IMG/VR virus record: IMGVR_UViG_3300009168_000041
Span: 1-64,000 of that record
Origin: a virus
DNA: 64,000 bases
Strand: one strand, 5' to 3'
Position 1 is the first letter of the stretch. Each line of letters starts with the position of its first letter. Under the pieces are notes generated by a model. The model was not told the DNA's origin. It saw nothing but the letters and a program-made list of their open reading frames with translations, and did no database searches. This document shows positions 57,145 to 64,000 of the stretch, one piece after another. The position numbers were made by a program, and so were the translations under genes.

Positions 57145-57607
57145 CTGGCTTGATGTTGCTACATCGTTAGCTAACGCTATTCTGAGCGGCAAAGTAGCCA
57201 TACAGATTGAGACGTATGACTGTCTTGAGCCGCTCTCACCAGAGGAAAGCAAAAAATTCAGCGTCTCAAATAGACAACGGCGGGGATGGATATTTCGATG
57301 CATCACAATGGAGCCGAAAGAAGGCTGACATGGATGAAACAGAACTAAGATAAGCCAATTCTACAATGCCCAAAGCCACGCAACACGTCTTCGATCGCTT
57401 TCTAAAAGCAACACAGGCCGCTAACTTTTGTCTCACGAAGACACCCGTGGCTGGTTCGTTGAAGGGCGTCATTTACGAAACACGCCTGATAGTGAAATGG
57501 ACTTCCTGGCACCATGATGGATTGCAGTGTAAACATGAGTACGTTATATCTGGCAAGTCGCCAGTAGACGTACTACAGCGATACCTCGACGAACCGAAAG
57601 GAACCCT

Positions 57608-58132
57608 ATGACCGACGAATTTTCCCCGCGCTCGACGACTACCAGCGACTTCTCGCAACCGCTCAAGGAAGCCGTCCAGGACGCCATTGCTGACGGTCTT
57701 CTCCAGCCGAAGACACTCACCACATTCGAGCCGGCATCCGACCCCGTGGCCGCGGCCCACGGTGCTAAGAAATTCCAGCCGCACTTTGCCGACGCCGAGG
57801 TGCAGGCCGCGCTCGATAAGGCCGCCGTTGCGGGAATGTGGTATGTCGCGATCCATTTCATCGCGTCCAAGGAACAGTCGCAACCGGACGGTACGACGCG
57901 GCTCGTGCGAACACTCAATCACTTTTTCAAGCCGAGCGACCGGTTCCCGAACATGGAAAACTTTCACGACGGCGAGACGGGCCGCGACGATCCGGCGATT
58001 GCTCACTGCGCCGTCAAATGCATGGAAGACGCCAAGAAGCGGCTCGCGGCCATGCGAGAGCAAGCGATTGCCGGGCTGAGCGGGCTGGCGAATTTCGGGC
58101 CGAATGAACCAATTGAAGACGAGAGGGACTGA
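57608..58132 (+). CDS. Hypothetical protein
   Basis: AAGGA RBS; phage-like codon usage. Confidence 0.5.
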   Translation: MTDEFSPRSTTTSDFSQPLKEAVQDAIADGLLQPKTLTTFEPASDPVAAAHGAKKFQPHFADAEVQAALDKAAVAGMWYVAIHFIASKEQSQPDGTTRLVRTLNHFFKPSDRFPNMENFHDGETGRDDPAIAHCAVKCMEDAKKRLAAMREQAIAGLSGLANFGPNEPIEDERD

Positions 58133-58177
58133 GGCGAGAAGGAGTGAGAAGAAAGAGATTGCGATGAAAGGGGCTAA

Positions 58178-58405
58178 ATGGGGCTCGAATCGCTGGAAGA
58201 GCTTCTAGGCCATCTAGTGCGTTCTGGATGCTGCTTCCGACTGGAGAAGAGGCACAACGGGCCCGGTGGTTATGAGTTAACCGCTATGCGGACTAGCGAC
58301 GATATTGAGCCCGTGTTAGTTCTGGATGTACGAGCCGGCACGCTTGATGGGCTGGTGTTGGCGGCGGACAGCGAATTGAATGGAGGAACGGGCGAAACCC
58401 GATGA
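58178..58405 (+). CDS. Hypothetical protein
   Basis: Small ORF in operon. Confidence 0.4.
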   Translation: MGLESLEELLGHLVRSGCCFRLEKRHNGPGGYELTAMRTSDDIEPVLVLDVRAGTLDGLVLAADSELNGGTGETR

Positions 58406-58414
58406 GCTACAGTA

Positions 58415-58669
58415 ATGCCTGACTTTACCACGTTCGACGACCTCATGCGTTTTTGGGAAGATCGGCGATGGATCGTCGATATCGGCCACGACCGCGAGTA
58501 TGGATGGTGCCTAGATGTGCTTACTAGCGATCACCACGGGGCTCCAGAAGTACACGTATGCGACGTAGGTGGTCTGGATGAAGATGTGTTGCATTTTGAC
58601 GAATTGATCGCAGAGGCACGCAAGCAAACGCTAGCATATCTTGCCAAGGTGGAATCTGGCGATGCCTGA
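58415..58669 (+). CDS. Hypothetical protein
   Basis: Small acidic ORF in operon. Confidence 0.4.
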   Translation: MPDFTTFDDLMRFWEDRRWIVDIGHDREYGWCLDVLTSDHHGAPEVHVCDVGGLDEDVLHFDELIAEARKQTLAYLAKVESGDA

Positions 58670-59051
58670 GTCAATACACGAGTCAATGCCTGAGTCTTCT
58701 ATCTGGGGCACTTGGGTCCGTGTCTACTGCGATGCTTGCGTAGAGCTTCGCATCCTGCAAATTCAGAAGGGCGGTTTTTCTTCGCCGCACTGCCACCACA
58801 CGAAAGCGAACGTCTTCCACGTCGCCCGGGGCCGCGTCAAGTTGCGGATGTGGGTGCAAGACGACCAGGTAGTTGAGCACCTTGCCGCGCCCGAGGGCCA
58901 ACCGCCATGCGTGCCCGCGGGCGTTATGCACCAGTTTCATGCCCTGGAAGATAGCGTCGTGTACGAGATATCCGTTGCCGAGTCGGGGCGGGTAATGGAC
59001 CCGGATGAAATTGAACGGCATGGGCCGTCGGGAGTGCAAGACAGCCAATGA
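58662..59051 (+). CDS. Cupin-domain protein (sugar isomerase-like)
   Basis: SSPHCHHTK.N.FHV..G and VPAGVMHQF. Confidence 0.7.
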   Translation: MPESIHESMPESSIWGTWVRVYCDACVELRILQIQKGGFSSPHCHHTKANVFHVARGRVKLRMWVQDDQVVEHLAAPEGQPPCVPAGVMHQFHALEDSVVYEISVAESGRVMDPDEIERHGPSGVQDSQ

Positions 59052-59355
59052 CCAAAGACCTGAAAATCAAGGCTCTCAAAGCGAAAGTCGCCACACTATC
59101 CAGCCAACTTCGGCAGTCCGAAGCGGCTGTGCGGGCGCTGGGCCAGCAGTGCGAGGAGTTGAGGCGGCAGGCGAGGAAGTACGGGAATGGGAAAGCATGA
59201 AACGCGCCGTAGTTGAAGGGAAGTGGATCCCGCAATGTATCGAGGATGCAACATGGGGATTGATGTTCGTTTTTGTTGTTATTCCTTTTACGATTCTTGG
59301 TATTCCGTTCTGGTTTCTAGGGTGGCTTCTTCGGAAGATTTGGAGATAACAAGGA

Positions 59356-59976
59356 ATGACCGATCCTCCCCTTCAAGGTTGGGACATCCTCCACAGTCTC
59401 ATCGTCGAATTACAAACTCGCAAGGCCAAAGGCATCGCCCCAACAACGCCACTCTCACTCCCACTCACCGGGGCGGAAATTGGCGTATCCCGTGGCTGGA
59501 CGAGCGAACATCTTTTGCGGGCGTTCCCGACGTTGACACTCTACCTGATTGACTGGTGGGGTCATCCAGAAGCAACCAGCGTCTACGCCAAGAGCGGCGA
59601 CGGCCACGCAAAGCTGACGCTTGCCGAACAGCAAGAGCACCGATTGCAGGCCGAGCAGCGGACGTTATTCGCCAAGGAGCGGAGGTTCGTCTGGGCCAGT
59701 GATAGCGTCAAGGCGGCTGAGGCGATGCTGTCTGGGCATCTCGACTTCGCGTTCATCGACGGCGACCACACGTATCCAGGCGTGCGGCGGGACTTGGAGG
59801 CGTGGTATCCCAAGGTGCGGGCCGGCGGGCTCGTACTGATGCACGATATTGACCACCCGCGAGACCGACGCGGGCTGTGGGGCGTCCGTAAGGCGGCCGA
59901 AGAATTCTGTCAGGAACGTGGGGTGACGCTGACAGTTAACAGCAAGGCGACGCTAGGGTGGTTTTGGAAAGGTTGA
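59356..59976 (+). CDS. Class I SAM methyltransferase (Methyltransf_24-like)
   Basis: GAEIGVSRG, FIDGDHTY, WYPKVRAGG..MHD; paralog of 32740-33321. Confidence 0.85.
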   Translation: MTDPPLQGWDILHSLIVELQTRKAKGIAPTTPLSLPLTGAEIGVSRGWTSEHLLRAFPTLTLYLIDWWGHPEATSVYAKSGDGHAKLTLAEQQEHRLQAEQRTLFAKERRFVWASDSVKAAEAMLSGHLDFAFIDGDHTYPGVRRDLEAWYPKVRAGGLVLMHDIDHPRDRRGLWGVRKAAEEFCQERGVTLTVNSKATLGWFWKG

Positions 59977-59993
59977 AAAGGCACACAAGAACA

Positions 59994-60779
59994 ATGGCAA
60001 TACTCACCCCTCCCCCCTTCACTACCGTCGTGGCCGTTGACATGGCCCACTTCCAGGAATTCCGCCTCGCGTCCCAAACGTGGCGAAAGAACCGGCCGGA
60101 AATGTGGACAAACCCCATGCTCATCTTCGCCGATACCAGTCTCCGCGGCGAGTCCATTGGCTGGTGGGCCCGCAAGTTGCACCAGGCGTGCGACCACCCG
60201 GCCCTTCGCGTTGTCGGCTGGCCGGACGTGAAGCCGCTGCCAGGGCAGCCGGATGCAAGCCAGCGGCACCGGATGCTGTCGGTGTTTGTGTATGGGGTTG
60301 CCGAGGAAGTGAAGACGGCATACTTTCTCAAGATCGACACTGATACCCTCTGTATCAAGTCCGAAAACCGCTGGCACGAAAACTGGTGGAATGAGACTAA
60401 CCCTTTTGTTTTCGTCACGAGCGCATGGGGGTACTCGAAAAGTATCGACCGGTGGCACCGGCTAAAGGCGTGGGGCGCCACGGTGCCGCAGTTGCGGGAC
60501 TTGCCGGAAGTCGAGGGCGAAGAGAATCCACTTAAGGACCACGTTCGCCACGGCCGAATTATCAGCTTCTTCTTCTGGGGTCAGACGGAGTTTATGCGCG
60601 AACTGGAGAAGTTGGCCCCGGGACCGCTCATGCCGATCGACAGCCAGGATGGGTTTGTGTGGTACTGCGCTAAGCGGCTGGGGCGGAGGTTTGCGGCGGT
60701 GCGCATAAAGAAATTTGGTCTTTTCCACGGGGCGCGTGGAATGGAAAAGCGGGTGAAGGCGATAATGGAGGAGAAGTGA
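59994..60779 (+). CDS. Putative GT-A glycosyltransferase
   Basis: YFLKIDTDT DxD; SQD; terminal FHG. Confidence 0.55.
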   Translation: MAILTPPPFTTVVAVDMAHFQEFRLASQTWRKNRPEMWTNPMLIFADTSLRGESIGWWARKLHQACDHPALRVVGWPDVKPLPGQPDASQRHRMLSVFVYGVAEEVKTAYFLKIDTDTLCIKSENRWHENWWNETNPFVFVTSAWGYSKSIDRWHRLKAWGATVPQLRDLPEVEGEENPLKDHVRHGRIISFFFWGQTEFMRELEKLAPGPLMPIDSQDGFVWYCAKRLGRRFAAVRIKKFGLFHGARGMEKRVKAIMEEK

Positions 60780-60780
60780 T

Positions 60781-61017
60781 ATGGCACAGCTTGGCGATAT
60801 GGTAGTGGCGGAAATCACGGTTCAGAAAGTAAGTGTCAAGGCCGCCTCGTTCGTTTTGGAACTAGACGGGCTCAAGGTTGTTCGCATGGAGTTAGATGGG
60901 CATCCACTGACTGACTTGACAACTCTATCGCTTCATGTGGATTGGGAGTCTGCCGTTCAGCCGATACTATGCACGACCGTACCGCGGCTGCAACTTGAGC
61001 GGCTATTGATGAAGTAG
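60781..61017 (+). CDS. Hypothetical protein
   Basis: GGAGGAG RBS. Confidence 0.4.
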   Translation: MAQLGDMVVAEITVQKVSVKAASFVLELDGLKVVRMELDGHPLTDLTTLSLHVDWESAVQPILCTTVPRLQLERLLMK

Positions 61018-61045
61018 ACGCAGGCGATTGTCGTGGAGAAGTGAC

Positions 61046-61303
61046 ATGGCCAAGTACCGCCACAAGCCGCTCATTGTAGAAGCCGAGCAGTGGTTTCCAG
61101 ACAAGCCGCATGACCTTGTGTTGTATCCGGTCGTTCAGTGGGATGGATGCCCAAGCCTGGATGACGACGAAGGGTTGTTTATGTGTACGGGGCTCACTCC
61201 GGGAGAGATCGTTCATCCCGGAGACTGGATTGTCACAGACAGAGACGGCTTTCATTCGTTGTATTGGGAGGCACATTTCGAGAACTGCTATGAACCAGTT
61301 TGA
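61046..61303 (+). CDS. Conserved small phage protein
   Basis: KYRHKPLIVEAEQW...PGDWIV...FENCYE motif. Confidence 0.65.
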   Translation: MAKYRHKPLIVEAEQWFPDKPHDLVLYPVVQWDGCPSLDDDEGLFMCTGLTPGEIVHPGDWIVTDRDGFHSLYWEAHFENCYEPV

Positions 61304-62162
61304 TCGCTCCATCATTCCCGCAAGTCTTACGGATATGCGTGGCATCACCTACCTTGCCCTCGGCCGACGCATTCCCGCCGTGCTCGCCGTCAGTCTCCGC
61401 ACGCTCCGCCGGCACTGGCAAGGGCCCGTGACGCTCTTTGTCGATGACGCCGCCGCCCCATTCGTCGCCCGTATTGCCGCCGACTGCGACCCTCCGATAT
61501 GTGTCGTCAATTACAACCCGCCGCCGTATCGGGCCTATACCGTCAAGCCACACCTGCCGCAACTATCGCACTACGACTACACGATCCAAGTGGACGCCGA
61601 CACCCTCTGGATGAAATCGCCACAACAGCTATTCGACTTGTTGAAGCCGGGGCTAACTATCGTGACGAAATTCTCTGGTTGGCTGACCACTGGCAACCGA
61701 ATGCGAGGCCGAATCGAGGAGTGGTGGACAAAGGACCGTCAGAAGGTTGAAGCGTGTCTTGCGAAGCCGTGGCCGGCACTCAACACGGGCGTGGTCGCCT
61801 TCCACAAGGGGGCCAAAGTGGCGTGTGAAGTGTGGCTAGAAGAGACAATGAAAAACCCGAAGCAGTTCATCTCTGACGAAATTGCCGCGAATTTGCTGGT
61901 GCCGTTCTATGGGCCGAACGAACTGCTTGTGGTTAGCGACCGCTTCAACCGCTCGCCGAAATTTCCCGGCGGCAGTGACACGCCGATGTTGTACCACCAG
62001 CATGGCCAGAAGCATACGAAGGATCCGAAGATGCGGGCCGTGTGGCTGCCTGAGTTCACGGCGATGTACCGCGAGAACTGGGGCAGCGTCCGCGATTGGC
62101 TGCCGCTGTGTGCGGACAAGAGGCTGCACGAGTGGCTGAGAGAGAATCCGGCGAAGGAATGA
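61290..62162 (+). CDS. Putative GT8-like glycosyltransferase
   Basis: AVSLRTLR, TIQVDADT, LNTGV, SDE, YHQHG.K. Confidence 0.7.
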   Translation: MNQFDRSIIPASLTDMRGITYLALGRRIPAVLAVSLRTLRRHWQGPVTLFVDDAAAPFVARIAADCDPPICVVNYNPPPYRAYTVKPHLPQLSHYDYTIQVDADTLWMKSPQQLFDLLKPGLTIVTKFSGWLTTGNRMRGRIEEWWTKDRQKVEACLAKPWPALNTGVVAFHKGAKVACEVWLEETMKNPKQFISDEIAANLLVPFYGPNELLVVSDRFNRSPKFPGGSDTPMLYHQHGQKHTKDPKMRAVWLPEFTAMYRENWGSVRDWLPLCADKRLHEWLRENPAKE

Positions 62163-62827
62163 CTTGGATTTGTCCACAATGTGGAGTCATTCAGCCTGGC
62201 GATGGCCGTATGCGCCGCATTGTCTCTTTATCGCCGTGGTTGAACTACCAATATTATCATGAATCACCGGCATGGATTTGCCAAGAGTGCGATATAGACA
62301 ATCACACAGTTCTTAACAAGCATGATCCGTTTTCTTACCATGCTTGTGGGTATATCTACCTCATTCAAGCACAATTGTCGTCTGTTTCACGACGACTCAA
62401 GATTGGACATGTTCAAGATAGTGATGGTGCCAAGAAACGGCTAAGTCAACTGCAAGTCGGATGCCCCGTTCTCTTAAAGATTTTGAGCGTTTTCCCTGGA
62501 GGTGTTGAAGAGGAAAAGAGATTACACAAAGTCTTTCGGCCATATCACGAGCGTGGGGAGTGGTTTAAGCTCGTTGGTCCCGTTATCGCATTTCGTAATT
62601 CCGCCCAAAAGTATTACGAGGCATGGCAGAATGCACCTTGTGTTACAGAACAGCAACAAAGTAAGCGGTCCTATTTTGCATGGGCGTTTTCTAAGTATCC
62701 GGATACGCGCTGGCATATTCCGAGACCTGAAGCCACGTCAAGACTAACGCAGACGCGGGGCCTGCCATTGTCGGCGGTGCAGGAGGAAAATGAAAACATG
62801 AAACACGAGTGGCTGAGAGAGAACCCG
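62127..62827 (+). repeat. 24-bp direct repeats flanking the GIY-YIG gene
   Basis: CACGAGTGGCTGAGAGAGAA(T/C)CCG at 62127-62150 and 62804-62827. Confidence 0.85.
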
Positions 62828-62851
62828 ATAGATGTAGAGGCGGCAACGTGA
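62159..62851 (+). CDS. GIY-YIG (T5orf172/MUG113-like) nuclease
   Basis: YIYLIQ, LKIG, KKRLSQLQVGCP, EKRLH..F, GEWF. Confidence 0.8.
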   Translation: MTWICPQCGVIQPGDGRMRRIVSLSPWLNYQYYHESPAWICQECDIDNHTVLNKHDPFSYHACGYIYLIQAQLSSVSRRLKIGHVQDSDGAKKRLSQLQVGCPVLLKILSVFPGGVEEEKRLHKVFRPYHERGEWFKLVGPVIAFRNSAQKYYEAWQNAPCVTEQQQSKRSYFAWAFSKYPDTRWHIPRPEATSRLTQTRGLPLSAVQEENENMKHEWLRENPIDVEAAT

Positions 62852-63098
62852 CATACTCCCTTTGCACCTTCTGTCCAGCGACGCCGGCCCCGCGAACTGC
62901 GCGGCGGAAGAGCGACGGGATTATCATTCCCGTGTGTGAGCATTGTTATGCGCACATTCGACGCCGAAAGGACGAGGCTTTGGAAGTGACGGGGCCGAAG
63001 TGCGGACTGCCAGAGTATCCGGGGATTGCACGAGATACGTGGTAGGTGGACAATATGACCAATGTGCCTGATGTGCCCGCATAACATGGAGCCAAAAA

Positions 63099-63374
63099 GT
63101 GAAAGGAAAACATAGACGCACCCTCACCAGGGATGACTGGATCGCCCTGGCCAATAAGGTCCGCGCAGCGACGGCCATCCTTGCCCAGATCGAACTGGAT
63201 CTGTCATCCACACTGACTGTGGCCAGCATGAAACCGTTCTACAAAGCGTTTGGCCGCGTACAGTCTCTCCGAACCCGACTCGACGCCCTGGTCGTCGTTC
63301 AGCATCGTGATTGGCCGGAAGCAAGCCGGCTGTTTTATGGGCCGGAGTGGACCTACAACGCACACTGGGGGTAA
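63099..63374 (+). CDS. Hypothetical protein
   Basis: GGAG RBS, GTG start. Confidence 0.4.
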   Translation: MKGKHRRTLTRDDWIALANKVRAATAILAQIELDLSSTLTVASMKPFYKAFGRVQSLRTRLDALVVVQHRDWPEASRLFYGPEWTYNAHWG

Positions 63375-63434
63375 CGCTGCAAAACCCACCTCACGTTCCC
63401 GCGGACAAAACCACAATGATGGTAGGTAACGGAT

Positions 63435-63638
63435 ATGACGCCCAAACAATACGATGCCATCCACGACCTCGCGTGTATCATGGTTCGCGAATCATCGACA
63501 CTCTCTACTGCCATGCGAGAAGGCGTCAAGACGTTGGTGGGAGTCGTGTTGGAATTAAGCAAACAGTGCGATAAGCTGAGTGAGAGAGTGGTGACATTGG
63601 AAGAGAAAGTATCACGCCACGATTGGGATGACGATTGA
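63435..63638 (+). CDS. Small coiled-coil protein
   Basis: Stop overlaps the next ATG. Confidence 0.4.
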   Translation: MTPKQYDAIHDLACIMVRESSTLSTAMREGVKTLVGVVLELSKQCDKLSERVVTLEEKVSRHDWDDD

Positions 63639-64000
63639 TGCTGCTGCCTGACATCGAAATCGTGCCTCACGTTTGGGGCTACTCCCGCTGCCTGTGCCTG
63701 CAATTGTCTTCGCTTGTTTGCTTCCCGCCGACGTGCCGCGTGCTCTATCGCCCGTGCGTCACGGCCGAAGACGCGGCCACGATCGCCACCCTTGAGTTCT
63801 TCGGCGACAAGCTCCCGCCGACGGTCGCGATGCAACCGATTCTCATGGAACGTCGCCGGCTTATGCGGCGGTGCATCGGCCGCAACGACGCCTTTTTTTC
63901 GAGCACTGCCCCCGTACTGTGGGCCGCCGACTGCGACTATCTGATAGGGCCTGGGGATCTGGAGACGATTCTGAACGCCCTCCCGGCAGGCGTGAAGCTG
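63638..64000 (+). CDS. GT2-like glycosyltransferase (3' truncated by the window; not in the ORF track)
   Basis: Manual translation: MLLPDIEIVPHVWGY...RRCIGRNDAF.SSTAPVLWAADCDY (RN plus DxD). Confidence 0.6.
   Translation, partial: MLLPDIEIVPHVWGYSRCLCLQLSSLVCFPPTCRVLYRPCVTAEDAATIATLEFFGDKLPPTVAMQPILMERRRLMRRCIGRNDAFFSSTAPVLWAADCDYLIGPGDLETILNALPAGVKL

Larger units (their letters stand above)
1..64000 (+). mobile_element. Tailed phage/prophage genome segment (HK97-like head, siphovirus-like tail)
   Basis: Terminase, portal, MuF, prohead protease, MCP, connectors, tail tube, frameshifted chaperone and tape measure in canonical order; no integrase, replication genes or host housekeeping block in the window. 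Confidence 0.95.

Overview
This window is a GC-rich (~60%) stretch of a tailed dsDNA phage or prophage with an HK97-type head and a non-contractile tail. Gene style suggests a Planctomycetota host (inference). Almost all genes are on the + strand. Order: papain-fold proteases and small membrane proteins; terS-like gene, DNA methyltransferase, terL; a 1722-aa DUF2341/BNR/LamG/Ser-tract/beta-helix protein; portal fused to an ADP-ribosyltransferase (ART); MuF fused to topoisomerase IB; a stand-alone ART cassette; a glycan-synthesis block (six paralogous DxD glycosyltransferase-like genes, NDP-sugar epimerase, methyl- and acetyltransferases, radical SAM) interrupted by a 3.8-kb IS1-family element; a Ser-rich protein, prohead protease, major capsid, connectors, tail tube, frameshifted chaperone, short tape measure; then a second glycan block (kdsB, Maf-like transferase, cupin, methyltransferase, three more GTs). 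Two candidate novel systems stand out. (1) Phage-encoded O-glycosylation of mucin-like poly-Ser/Thr tracts on four probable virion proteins. (2) Lys-delimited, leader-tagged effector cassettes (ARTs, topoisomerase IB) carried by portal and MuF. All annotation is by motif recognition; no database searches were run.
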